64,000 bases of DNA from Seison nebaliae (lineage: Eukaryota). The notes beneath the pieces were generated by a model. That model was not told the DNA's origin. It worked only from the letters and a program-made list of their open reading frames with translations, and ran no database searches. Numbering within the stretch: the first letter of the stretch is position 1; the number at the start of each line of letters is the position of its first letter. Shown piece by piece: positions 1-13,831 of this stretch. Both the position numbers and the translations under genes were made by a program. The stretch spans positions 62,001 through 126,000 of the forward strand of contig JALJEE010000927.1 of assembly GCA_023231475.1 (NCBI GenBank). The letters are read 5' to 3'.

Positions 1-388
1 TTGAGTTACGAGAGTTGGAGAACTACTAAAACAATGAGCGGCTGTCAACACTAAATTTACTGAATCAATATTTACACGTTATCTTGATTTATCTTAAAGA
101 AAACTTCCGATTGCAGTTCCTCCACAGAACCCAAGAGTACTATAGTCCATTCCACCAAATGAAAGATAGAAATTGAAAGTGACATAACCATTCATCAATT
201 CATAAATTCGATGATGCTCCTCATTTGACAAAATTGAATGAATGGATAAACCTGTTGAAATTGATGAAATATTTTAGAGAAATTCTGATAAAATAAACAA
301 AACCGTCAGATATTCGTTTATTGATATTCCTGTTCGATGTTAGTCTTATGATGAGAAGCATCAACATTATCAGGATAAGTTTCTTCAT
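1..388 (-). CDS. Trypsin-like (S1) serine protease, secreted zymogen; runs off the window start
   Basis: Exons 388-304, 251-105, 59-1 (introns 303-252 and 104-60, both GTT..AG) splice to MKKLILIMLMLLIIRLTSNRNINKR-ISDG...FCGGTAIGINLVLTAAHCF: signal peptide, activation site, CGG motif and catalytic-His motif LTAAHC. Absent from the ORF track. Confidence 0.85.
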
Positions 389-1626
389 CGAAATCAATTT
401 CCAATGTATTATTTACTTTTCATTTTTTGTCGAAGAAGAGAAAGATGATTTCAATTGAAAATATGAAGAAGAATAATAGAGTCATATAATTCTCATACGA
501 AAGTAAACAATTTCTTCCAATGAAGTCATGAGGGGAGTACAATACTTCGCTATTTATCGTCGTCATTGTCAGCCATCTTATTCTACTTATAATCATGCGA
601 ATCAAATCGGTGCCATCTCTGATGATGATGATAATAATAATGAGAGTGACAATATCGTCGTTAATTATACTTATTATTTCTGATGGAATTAAAAGTAGAT
701 TTTGAAGAGTCGAAATGAATACTTCACCGTAATCTGATACAAATAATTCGTTTCGCCTCGACCATCTTCATGGGATAGACGAAACAATACGAACAATCTA
801 ACGAATACCAAATGACATGTTTTCAATTTGATGATTGTCGTCCAGTTATTCTTCAAATTCTTCTTTTTTTCTTCCTTTTTCCATTCCATACGTACGAGTC
901 TGCTAATAGTCAATTTTTCCACGAGAGAATGATGAATAACTAAAATGATATTTACGAACGAGAAATTCTTTTATCTTTCCTCTTCTCGTCGCCAGAAGAA
1001 GAGAGTTGAGAGAGAGAATATAAATAAAAGGTTTTTCTCTTGTCAGTACCCGAATTCTGAAATTGTCAGTAGATTAATAAGAACAACAAAAATATTAAGA
1101 AGAAGAAGAAAGTGTAAGACGGAATTGAAGTCAATATCGAGTTTTCGCACCTATTCTCAGTGAATGGAACCAACGATAGAAAATTAATATTTATCAGGTT
1201 CTTCCAAAAAACGAATAGCGTTCGCCATTTATCTGACGACGTTGTCGATGACGATGACGATTCGTCTCACAATGAAGCGTGAGTTCTCCGTAACCAAATC
1301 CAGTGTTGCAATGAAGCATTTCATTCTTTGAATTAAGTTGACGATAGACGATAAATTTAGTGGATCACATTATGCTAAATATATTCTTTCATTATTCATT
1401 TATTTAATTTCTTTTCCGTTTTATTTTGTCGTTGTCAAAACTTATCAATTCTCTGATATTTATATTCTTTACGTTTCCTAATTCCAATAGACGTATAAAC
1501 AGTCAAATCTCGTCAAATATCAACAAGTGAATAGCTTCTACGATAAGAATAGATAAGAATTATGTGATTCATTTCGTGAATTCTATGAAACGTTTTGTAA
1601 CTCTCTCTTTATTGTTTAATTTCCTT

Positions 1627-1668
1627 CAACAACAACAACAACAACAACAAGAACAACAACGACGACGA
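1627..1668. repeat. (CAA)n/(CGA)n microsatellite
   Basis: caacaacaac... run grading into gacgac. Confidence 0.9.
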
Positions 1669-4600
1669 TAAAAAGCAGAGATAAAATAAAGAATAGTTCA
1701 ACTCTCGAAAAAAAAAAGGAAAACAGAACCTGTTGACGAAATAGAAAGTAAACGAATAATCATTTACTATCTCTACTTGATTTTAAATAGTTGTTTCATA
1801 AAAGAAGTAAAATTATGTATCGTAATAACATTATCATCTTCAGCTAACGTTCATTTTATCATCAACAACATAATTCTTCTTTCTGCCATCAGCATGATCT
1901 GGTAGACATATCACGATGTGAACATAAACAATTTTCGACGACGATAGATAAGTCCCATCATGTCATATACGTGTGAAGCTCATTCTGCGATTTCGACAAG
2001 TGCCGAACTGTGTGGACGATTGATGAAGATGTGCCTATCGTAAATCACGTATAATCACGTTCAAATAACTAATGTTCCTAGTTTACTCCACTCTCACTTT
2101 ATTTATATATTGATAGTCCTCCCAACGACTGCTATTTATCAACCATCAATTTCTCCATCGAACGTCATACCATCCATCTCCTATAAAACTATCTATTACT
2201 TTATAATCTCTAATCATCGTTCAAGTATCGTTTATTTATGGTTGATCGATGGAAATCGTCCCGATTAGTTTTAGTTTCTCTTGTATTAAAAAAAATTTTA
2301 TCTGAAAAATTTTATAGAAAAATCATTTGAACTTACGTTCTATTTAACTGGTTAAGAGGGTTCGGCTTCTGAAAAAAGCCAAAGTATTTTAAGACGTAAA
2401 AAAAATCTACAGTTTCTTCTAATTCGTTTCTTTTCTAACGAATCCTCCATATTCAATACCTAAAAATTAGTAAGATATAACGAAAATTTCCAATGTCTGA
2501 TTTGAAAATATCGAAAAAGTTTCTCGTTCGCCTCATTGATTTCACAAAAGCACAAAGAGAATTGGTAGATTTAAAGTATATTGAACAATTCCATCAAAAA
2601 AACTCTATTTCGAGACAATGCATAGTATCGCTACATTAAGACCATGTCTATCTGCTTCAATTCCAAAATGATGTGTTCCTGAAACTCCTATTATTGTCGT
2701 CGTATGCTTAGTTTGGTGATGATTCTTATGAGGGATGTGTGAATTGAATGGTGGGTCGTCGTGCAAATCTCATAAAAGTCATAAAATCGCTCGACTATTA
2801 AATGTGAAATGTGTCAGAAAAGAAACAGTTCAATTTCATCATTTCGCTTATTTCTAAAAATTTATCGTTCTCATCATTTTCATTCTTTAACTGGACCGAT
2901 AAACGACTGACTAATCAAAATTTTCTATTTGGTGCTTTTATTCAATAATTCTAATTATTTCTAATTCCGAATAATTTTCTTTAACATTTCCTTATTAATA
3001 ATTTGATTTTTCTTGAGACAAAGTGTTATTTCCTGAGAATTTCGATAATTGTTATCAGTATTCGAAGTAGCAAGTGTAGTAGTGGATGTTGACGAAGTTA
3101 CTTAAGTTCTTTCTATTTCTTCTATATATTTTAATTTTGGTGTCAAATAATAATTGATAGTACCATCTGGCAAGGGTCGATGGCACATTAAAATAGGAGA
3201 AGTGAAACGTCATCGTATTTATTTTCTCGTTCAATGCATAATCGTTAAAAAAAGATTGAATAGAAAATATAATATTTTCCATTTCAACTCTCATGGTCTT
3301 CACTTATTCATAGTCTTCACAAGTTGTAGAATGAACGAATGAGCAAATTGAATGAGAAAAATATATTAGAACATAATCGAAGAGAAGGAACAGTTGTCGC
3401 CAAATCGAACACTTCGATATGTCTTCTTTTTTTTCCTTACCAACTAATTCGACAATCTTTTACTCATTCTCGACAATCATCATCATCATCATCACTATCA
3501 TGATGATAATCATGACGATCATCATCAAACGCAGCAGTAGCAAACTACTTTTATTTTATGTTTTCCATATATCATTCCATATTGTGGATGACAGTTTCAT
3601 TAAAAGAGAAAACTATATTATTCGTCTCACTTTTTTATCGTTTTATAATTCAGTTAAATATCGGTAGTTCGAGGAAGAACATGGTAAATAAACACCAAAT
3701 AAATAGACACCAATATATGTATATTTAAATTATCGATATCCTTCCAATTAATAATTGATAAGAAAACTTTCAAATCATCAAATAATTTAATTCTTTCTTC
3801 ATTTTCTTCCTCTACGTAATCTTAAATTGCTCTCAAAAGAATTTATATCATATTTCTTCCCATCATACGTTAAATATATTTCGAAAAAAAATGAGAAAAA
3901 CGTAAGAAGTGAGAGGCGAGAATCAAAACGGTTTTTCCTTCTTTCCTGTTACTTAACTTTCCAGTTCTTCTTTCTTCCATTTCAGTCGTCTTCTTTCGGC
4001 AGTAAGCGACAGGAATACACAAAAACAAGAAAAAGAATATGCAACCAACTATCTGACGAATGGAAAGGGAGCAGCTGTTGCAAAATTGAAATTGCGACGG
4101 CAAATACGAATCATAGTAGACTGTTCGAACAAATAGTTCGATTAATTCCCAATTATAAAGTGTACACGATGTTTGAGAGAGTTGAGTTCCGTATATTTGC
4201 CGTAGGAGAAACATATAGAAAATCGATATCAATAAAGTCGGTTCAAAATATTGACTATTTAAAAGATGCGCACCAACACTTTATTTCAAGCATTATTCAT
4301 CCTCCAACAATCTCATTTGAAAAGTACTTCTCAATTCACTCGAATTAGTTTAGTTCAACTAATTTCTAGTTTTGTTAAAGAATATTTCGTTTCCTCTATC
4401 GTCGTCATCATCATGAGACTTCGTCATCGAGGAAGGTGAACATTTGAAAAAGGACATGCTTTCCTTATAATCCTGTTTATAGTAAATTTACAGTTATTAG
4501 ATTGGAATTTTGTCCTAACTATTCTTATCTCTAACACAGTAGAAGAGAGGAAGAGTAAAGAAATAAAGTAAAGAAACTTTATTTTCCAGAGACTGACTAT

Positions 4601-5194
4601 ATTTGTACGTCGTTCAATTTTTTATGAAAAACGAAAATCGAGTGTTCTCACTTATATCCAATTTTATTGATAGGAAACTGTTGATTGTTGAATTACCGTT
4701 ATTCTTCGTTTACATCGCTACAACTCTCCTCCATTCTCACACGATATCTGAAGAAGTGAAGAGAATTCTATATATCGTTGTCTTTAGTGTCAATGAACAG
4801 ATCTTGTTTTTCTCAGCCTACCGACTTTTTTCTTTCTTATCACAACTTTGTCATATGTGCATGTGACTGTATAACTTTTATTTGTTTGACTCCGTTTATT
4901 CTCTACATTTCTCCTCTCTAGAAGTCGTCATAATATAAATGATGTCGGCGAATTGAACACAGAACCGTGCCTCGACTGTTGTTTCGTTGAATTATTTAAA
5001 ATCATTATTATTTAGAAGAGATAAGAAAAGGAGTTGTGATCAGAAAACATCATCAGATCAGAAAGAAAGATTTCATTCATTATATATTTTTATTTTGAAA
5101 AAAATAAAAAATTTTGGAGAAAATTCTTCTACAACACAATTCTTCCAATAACAATTGCCCCTTCATCAATTGTTCGTGTTGGTCATTGATAAAA

Positions 5195-7498
5195 ATGGAA
5201 ATATCGACACAACCGATGCAACATCAACAAAGTAATTTAATGGTGGAAAGTAACGAGAGAATGAATGAAGAGAGATTGAAAGAGAAATTGCGAGAAAGTT
5301 CCGATTCGACAATAAACCAATCGGAAAGGGAAATTCTCCCACGAGAATATTCTCCACAATCGTCAACTTATTCAATGGAAATCGAGCATTCTATGACAAA
5401 TATTCCACAAACCGTTAATGATTTATCTTTACAACAAATACCGATGATCGATAAAGAGAATATTATTGGCGATATACAAAAATCGGGAGTGAAGAGAAAA
5501 AGACCATTTTCTGATATTCGTTCGAAAATTTCGAAAATAACGGCGAATGATGTTAGTAAGAAAAATGTGTTGTGTGGAAGGAATAGTCATTCGAATCCAC
5601 CAATCATCACACGAAGTTGGGAAGAAGCCGGAAAAGTAGCTTGGGATGTAAGAAATTGTTTAAAAAATCCATCAGACGTCTCATCTGACGATACCGATAA
5701 TCAATTGACAGATGAAACTTCTTCAATCAGTTTGATTATTTTAATTATTTCTTTTTAATTTTTATTCAAATTAGATGAAGCGAAAGGTGGATCAATTATA
5801 ATCGAATGTCCAAACATTTGTTTGTTAGACAGTGAAGATTTTTGGAAGAATGGCGCTCCACCAATGGAGATTACTCGTAGAGAGAAAATTGCAAAAGAAC
5901 TAATTCAAAACGGTTACGAAAAGAAGATTTGGTTACCAGTGATTGAAGTGGAATGTCATGAAACGAAAGCGTTATTACATAAAAGTAAATTTGGTTCTGG
6001 TGGTCGTGGCAAATGTATTGAAGTGAATAATCAATTAATGACACCGAATGAATTCGAAGAATTTGCTGGACGAGCAACTAGTAAAGATTGGAAACGAAGT
6101 ATTCGATGTGGTGGGAAACCATTAATTAAATTGATCGATTGTGGAGTGATGACTTGTCATGCTGTTTCGTGCACATGTTCCGCATGCAGTAACGATTCGT
6201 ATAGTACGGAGAAGATTCGATATTTTATTCGAGTACGTCGAAAAGTTCGTGTTAAACCGGAAGTAACCATAAAGAATTTAGATGGAAATTTTATTGAAAA
6301 TTTCATGGCTAATTCCCAAATGTCAACTCCATCACCGATTAATAATATTCCATTGAGCACACCCGAATCTCACTCATTCGATAATAATAGTAGTATGGAG
6401 AGTGGATTGTCACATTCTTTATTGTTGAATAATATGTCGTCAATGAACAATACGATCAAGAGTGAACCAGAACTATTGAATAATAATCAAGATATTAGTA
6501 ACGATAATCTTTATCAATCATCAAATGACGAACGAATAAATTCGAATTTGAATCGAATGAAAGATCCAAATAATAACAGTAAATTAACCAATTCTCAACA
6601 ATGTGATCCGGAGAACATAATAAATGCAATATTGAAAGTTCTCTCTCAAAACAATGGAAATAAAATTAATAATAATAATAATTTTAAGAATAATAATAAC
6701 AGAAGAAAAGATACGACGCGTTATGGGAAAAATATAATAATCGATGAATCGAATGGTGATATTGTCAATTCATCCAATGTCACAGAAAATAATGATAATC
6801 GTAAAATTGCTGAAGCTGTTCGAAATAATTTATTAAATAGTTCGAACATCCTTCCTAATAACAATAATAACAATTCTACAAAGAAATTTAATTTCCAAAA
6901 TTCTACTAATGATTTGGAGCAATTCAGTCGAACTTTTATGACACCAAATTCTCAAAATGTTCAAAATCGGATACAACCATCACCTACATCGCCATCTCAA
7001 AACAATCCGAATTTATGGAATATTTTATTAATTAATTTATTCCAAATCTTAAATCAACAACAACAAAATCATTTAAATAATACGAATGATAATTTTCATA
7101 CACAACAACAACAACAATCACCAAATAATGATAATGATATTAAACGTATAATAAATTTTCTTCAACGGAATGACAATGGAAACAGCTGGCAAAATAATCG
7201 TCGACAACAACAAACAGAAAATTTGAAAGGAAAAGAGATCGTTGAAAATATCACCACCGTTCGTCAACAACTCCAATCATCGTTGACAGTTAATTTCAAT
7301 TCTTCTTTCGTATTTTCTTCATTAATCTTCTCTTCTTTTCCTTTTCAGAGTTTGCAGACGACAATCGAATATGGTGTGAAAATGATGACAGAAATGAAGC
7401 AAATGTACGATCAATCTCAAGTAATTTATGATTCGGTGATAGGTATCGAGAGTAAACTAAATAATTTCATTCCAAAAATTCTTTCATTTGATGAATAA
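5195..7498 (+). CDS. DEAF1: DEAF1-like SAND-domain transcription factor (no MYND finger seen)
   Basis: SAND domain KFGSGGRGKCI...TPNEFEEFAGRATSKDWKRSIR...HAVSCTCSAC is DEAF1-type. Introns 5730-5774 and 7289-7348 join ORFs 5114 and 5822 in frame. N/Q-rich middle and C-terminal coiled coil. Start ATG 5195 is inferred. Confidence 0.75.
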
Positions 7499-7817
7499 TA
7501 AGAATTTTTTGAAAACGAGCAAAAAAACGAGAAAAATTAATCCAAAAATTTCTTCCAACATTTTTCCTTCCACTCTCCTAATATTCCATATTATCTCAAT
7601 ATCATTTCCTTCTACCTTAATTCTTTCTTTCCCATTTATTCGCTCATAACATGTTCATACACAGTGCAGTCAAATGAATCCGTTGGCCCAAACTAAAACA
7701 TCTAAAATTATTTTTATCGTTCCAATAATTACAAATTTTTTCAATTCGAATAAATTTGATTTTAAATAAAATAATAAAATTTTACTTCTGCTTCTTCCAA
7801 AATTCCAGATGTTCTCC

Positions 7818-7841
7818 ATATATATATATATATATATATAT
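7818..7841. repeat. (AT)n microsatellite
   Basis: Perfect atatat... run. Confidence 0.9.
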
Positions 7842-8812
7842 TTCGCAATTGATATAAGATGATCGAACGCAAAGCACGTGTAATTCATGAATAATAAATA
7901 GACAGAAAAAAATTAAATTTAGAATATTGTTCGTGGGAACTCTCAGAGCAAATATAAGCTAAATATTCCAATTTTCTTAATGTGTTGATGATGTGTAGCA
8001 GATTGTTAGGAAATGACATCAGTTGAGATATTGGATCCATGTCACGTCAGTGGGTGAAGATTAGTATAAATTGTGAAACGTGAAAGAAGAAATGAGAGTT
8101 TCTTTTAAGAATAACGGTTGTTACAATGTTGAATATTATTTCATAATTTCCATTTCCCACGCACCCAGAAAATTTGTTTTACTTCTTTCCATTCTGTCTA
8201 TTGTCATTATAATGTCTAATTTTCTTTATAAAATAAATATTTTGTTTTTTAAGGGAATAATTTTCTCTCGGCATTTTTCAAGTGAAGTTGTTAGTTTGTG
8301 TTGTTATTGCTCATATAAATTGAAAATGAATTTGAAGGAAAAAAAAAGTAGAGAAATTTTCATTTTCATTTGATTCGAACAAATATTTTGAACGTACCAA
8401 ATTTAGTCGAATATTTTTCGTGCTGTTTGACTGTAAAAATCGTTCGGACTTTCCCCAATTTAGTTGAGAGAGAAAAATTTTTTCACTAACTCTTACACGA
8501 TTAATTCCACATTTTTCTTTTTCTAAAAATTTTATAGAAGAATTTTTTCCTTTCGACAACAACAGAAACCTTTTCGATATTCATTTCGTCACAATTGCAT
8601 CTTTCAAGGATAAAGTAATTGGTCAACTGCAAGTTAATCGTTAATTTGTTGAATGAAATAATTGAATTCTCTTCCAAATAATTAAATTCTCTTCCAAATA
8701 ATAAATTTTTTTCATTCGTTAACGTTGTAGTATCAGCAGTTATTAGAAGGTACTAATTGGAGGGAGAAATTTATGACTATTAAGCGAAAAGGAAAAAAAT
8801 TGGTGAAATATC

Positions 8813-10435
8813 ATGGGATCGAATTCAATAATGATAAACGTTAATCGTGAGATCGATGATGCATATTATCGATATAAGATGCCAAAGATCCAGGCGAAAA
8901 TCGAAGGTAATGGCAATGGAATAAAAACCGTCATTGTCAATATGTCTGCGATTGCGAAAGCTCTCAATTGTTCACCAGCATATACCACCAAGTTTTTCGG
9001 CCAAGAACTCGGTGCTCAAACGCAAATAATGCCAGAAAATGATCGGTGGATAATCAATGGAGTTCATGACGCTAATAGATTACAAGAAGTGCTTGATGTC
9101 TTCATTCGTGCATATGTTCTCTGTAAGTTCTGCAAAAATCCAGAAACTCAATTGATTGTGAGTACGAAAACAATTCGACAGAAATGTGCAGCCTGTGGTG
9201 AAATTGGACCTGTTGATATGAAACATCGAATTGCTAAATATATATGTAACCAAGCACCAAAAGTACCAAAGAAATCGAAAGTTGATAATAAATCAACTGT
9301 AGAAGTAAAGAAATCGGACGTTGAGAAGAAAGTTGGGAAGGAAACGAAAAAAACAACAAAGAAGACTGAAGTGAAATGGATAAGTGACATATCGAAAGAA
9401 GCACAACAACAACGTCTCAATGAGAATTTGAGTGGAATGGCACAACGATTAACGATTGATACATCTCATGCGAATGCATCTGAACAACAACGTTTAGAAA
9501 TATTTGATAAGGAATTGAGGTAAATAATTTATTTTTCTTTTAAATTAAATTTAATTAATAATAATTTATAATTATCTTTAGATCTAAATGTTCAAAGAAG
9601 AATTCTGATGGTTATTATGATTATTTATTGGAGACGAATACAGTAAAAGACATTGCTAATCGAATTGATGATTTGTCGGTGGAAGAGAAATCTCCATATG
9701 TCTTTGTTGAGATCATGTTCTCTGACAATATCAAAGAAGAATTGATGAAATATTCGACGTTGTTGAAATCAGTTATTTTTCTTAACTTTTTAAAAAATTA
9801 ATAGAATTATTAATCTGCATATTATTTCTAGTTATGCGCTGAACAGAAAACTCAACGTAATTTATTATTGTGCTTAGAGAAAATAATTTATGACAATGAA
9901 GAGAAGTTGATGAATCGAGTGGAAGTAAGTATGATATTGAAGAGTCTCTATGATGAAGATATCGTTGATGATGATGTGTTCATTGAATGGCAAAAGAAAG
10001 TTATCTTTTGATTCAATAATTTCGATTCAAATATCTCTTTCATTTCAGCCTCGAAAGAAGACGGTTTCAAAGGAAATTTCAAAGAAAATTCATGATCTCG
10101 CCAATGATTTCGTCAATTGGCTTGAGGAATCGGATAGTGAAGATGATGAAGAAAGTGAAGAAGAGAAAATAGAGGAAAAAGAAGAAACGAATGGGGAAGT
10201 GCCAGAGAAGAAACATACAAAATTCTCGGAAGAAAAATCAAATGGTGACGTTGTGAATGAGACGAATGATGTCGATGATAAAATTTATAAAATTCCTCAA
10301 GTTAACATTCATTATGTTCTCATGAAATAATTATGTTGTTTTTAGTCGAATTTATTGGGAAATCACGAGATGACAAATGGAAATTCGAATGAGGAGGAAG
10401 ACGACGACGACGATTTCAACATTGACGACATATAA
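8813..10435 (+). CDS. EIF5: Eukaryotic translation initiation factor 5
   Basis: N-terminal YRYKMPKIQAKIEGNGNGIKTV and C4 zinc ribbon; W2 domain (LKSLYDEDIV..EW..FVNWLEE); ends DDDFNIDDI*. Introns 9520-9581, 9772-9831, 10000-10048 and 10301-10345 keep the frame. Confidence 0.95.
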
Positions 10436-10572
10436 ATCGTCAAACATAATTTAAAAAAAAAACATTTTTAACTATTAGTGTGAATTCTAATAAGACAGAA
10501 ATGTCGTAATTTGTCCTGAACTGTTTTAATTTTCCGTTTTATTTCAATACAAAAATTCCATTAACTAAAAAA

Positions 10573-12033
10573 TTAAAATTTTTTCTTTTTTGAATTTTCC
10601 ATATAATTTGAAGGAATAGAATTGCGTTGGAAGAATTGTTTGATGAATAAATAGAAAGGATGAGGCCAATCGTACGAGTGGGGAACTCTAAAATGTATAT
10701 CCGATTCGAAATAAGTGAATAAAGGAAATGCCATTCGTAAACGTTTCTTATTTTGATTTTGTCTCGTATTTGCCATTGCATGATAATAGAGAAATAATCG
10801 TGAAGCGATATAATAAGCGACGAAAACATCGATGGAATAATGTTCGTGTGCAGCTAAAGTGCAAAATATACCAACTCCAGTTAACGACCAGCAAATGGTA
10901 TGAAGTAGATAGAATGAGGAGGGAGTGTATTCGGTTATGAAGAATGTTAAGAGAGTTAATATTGTTGTATGACCACTAAACATATAGTCACCACAAGTTT
11001 TCACCCCGTGAAGTGTCATGCCTAAATGTGTTATTATTCTCCATGCTCTTAATAAATGATCATTCCAATTCTCCAACATCTAATTGGAAAATGATTAAAA
11101 GTTTCTTTAATTTTTTGTTAATATGAATTAACCAGTTTTTCGCAAGACAAATGGGTACCAGGAACTGAAAGTGAAGTGATTAGCATAGTAATAGATCGAA
11201 GTAGAAAGATTGTTCCACTAAGAGAAAATAATCTTCTCAAAATGATAAAACGATATCGATGGAAGAAGAACAATATACTGAATGCAATCATCATACACAT
11301 AATGATGACTTCACTCAATAGAAATGCTCCATTGATCACAGGAAAATTATCCAGAAATATGTCAGGTAGTGGTGGATATTTCGTCATATCCGGAACTCTT
11401 TCGTGGACAAAAGTCAACACTAAAGACGACCAGAAAACGGTGAGAAGAATATATAGAAATCCAACAGTTAATCTTCGAATATTTGCTGTCAAATTCTAAT
11501 AATCATTTTTAAGCACATTCAAATTCCTCGAAATATTTATGTCACTAACCAAAAGTGGAACAACTGGATGTTGATCGAAGCTTAAGATATTTGACTGAAA
11601 AGATTCATAAGACTCCGTTGCACGACTCATTCTTGGAGTGCCGTCCTCTCCATGATTTCTTACTTTCTTTTTATTATTGTTAGTTTTATTAAGAAGAAGA
11701 ATTGATTCACATGAACTGTCACTAGAAATATCACAATCCTCTATAGCTCTCCCATTACCCTTGAATTAGAAGATGGAAATTATCCATTTCATCCAAAAGA
11801 ATAACCTTGTTCAATTTACTTAACGACTGAACAATATGTGTAACGGCACCGAAATTTTGTATAGATATCGGACTCCCGATTAAACGGTTTAAAGTCAAAT
11901 ATTTGATAGACTTCCCGTCACATCCATGTTCATCCACCAACAATTTTACATATTTTTCAGAAATATTTTCATCTAATAAATAATTTTCTAATTCTTTGGA
12001 TGACCAATTTTCATAAGGATGGATTACCGACAT
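10573..12033 (-). CDS. SAMD8: Sphingomyelin synthase-related protein (SAM + PAP2-like domain)
   Basis: N-terminal SAM-like exon; motifs [37 protein letters not shown]. Introns 11805-11760, 11549-11496, 11132-11080. Confidence 0.92.
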
Positions 12034-13831
12034 TTTTATCAAATCTATTCATCACTCAATATTCCATAATTTATTCGTTTAATCCTTAAATTTTAATGAT
12101 CTTCTCTTACTGTAAGATTTAGATAAGTTTAATTCGTTTTTCTAAATTTTAGCTGAATTAACCAAACTATATACGAAAAATAATTTATTCATATAAATGT
12201 CTTTCTCTTAACTCATTAGGCTACAGTGATTCATAAGATAATTCATTAGACTTAAGCAAATTTTATTAAGTTATGGCAGTTTTAGGGGACCGAATGCCCC
12301 TTTTGATTACACCAAAAATTCAATAAGGTCCTGTAAATTGTTTATACGTTTTTTTCCTTTTAATTTGATGTTCCCTTGTTAGTGTTTTTAGATTTTCTAT
12401 ATAACAATTTTATCTCAAAATTTTTAACAATTTACTTTTAAAAAATTAAAGCTTTCCAAATTAAAATATTTCAAAAATCCATGCTAAATAACTTATTAAA
12501 AAAATTAAAGTTAATCTAATTGTTCTAATTCAATTAGAAACTATACAAAAACATAAAACCTAATTTCAGCATAGTTTTCGGGAACAAATGGTTGTCTTTG
12601 GAATATATCGAGGAAAGTGACCATCATCCTTCACCTGAAGGAAAAAGTAAAACGAAACAATGAAAAGTAAATAATCCACAAATAATTTCACCAAATTCTT
12701 CCATTATTCAATCGCCACTTTCATCTTCTATAATTCTATATCTCGTCACATCCGTTTTAAAGACAAAAACGATGTAGCAGACGTTCACATCCGTCAATCA
12801 TTAATTCGGTTTCGAATGGAAAAATCGGTATTTTCAGTATTGTAAGACATGCACATGAAGGACGACAGTTGTCCTTACGGAAATACTGGAATTATCTGTA
12901 ATGAAAAGAACATTACACCGAGTACGTATTTGAAATGATAACAATATTCCCAATCAACAGAATAAAGATGAAAAGAAGAATTCTTTTAGATCAACAGGAA
13001 CTTTCTTTTATGTTCTTCTTTCAGATAAGAAACCTGATATAATGTATGCAATTTCTTACAATCTCTCAATGTGGCTCCTCAGAGTATATTCACCAATTTT
13101 TATCGATTTATTAATTTATCTTTTACCAATGACATCTGAGAACAATAATGGTTTCCGACAATCATTTGGAGAAAATTCAACGGATGTTTTGAAATCTCCT
13201 CGCAAATTAAGAAAAATTTAATGGTGACGTGCTCAAAAATAAAATCTACAATAAGAAAAAACTACAGTTATTTCTAGCATAAGAAATAAAATGCAAAGAT
13301 AGAAAGAAAATGAGGTTATTCAACTTATCCTCAATTTTTTTGCAAAGATTTATTTGCTGCATCTTTTTCAATTAATTCCATTCATTTCATGTTCCACTTC
13401 ATCCTATATCATGTCATTTTCATCCTATACTAATATCTAATGATATTCCATTAAACATAGTGGAAACAATACTATCGGAATATATGTCTCCTACGAAGTT
13501 CCCATCTGTCCAATTAGTTAAATAGGGAGAAAATTCAAACCGTTATAAAAGAGCGTTTGTTGATCACTTTTATGACTTATAATTTACCTAATGTCCCGAA
13601 AAATTACATATTATACTTTTATATTGCAATATAATGTATACTACTATGTAAAATAAACTAATAATTATTTTGCAGTAGGCGTAGCAGTCTGTTCTTCTTG
13701 GTTGAATTAATATATCTCTAAATATTTTTATGAACAGAATAATATGCTTTAGTAATAGTGCAAAATATTTACTGAAAAAATTAGTGTGTTCAAAAAATAG
13801 TTTAAATGTTTAGTCTTAATGTTTAATATAA

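Noticed and set aside
420..5100. Short ORFs upstream of the SAND gene, including 3827-4348
   Set aside because: No recognisable domains, low complexity, several with non-ATG starts; more likely UTR exons, introns or regulatory DNA.
8665..8702. 20-bp-period direct repeat upstream of eIF5
   Set aside because: Simple local duplication in AT-rich DNA with no evidence of function.
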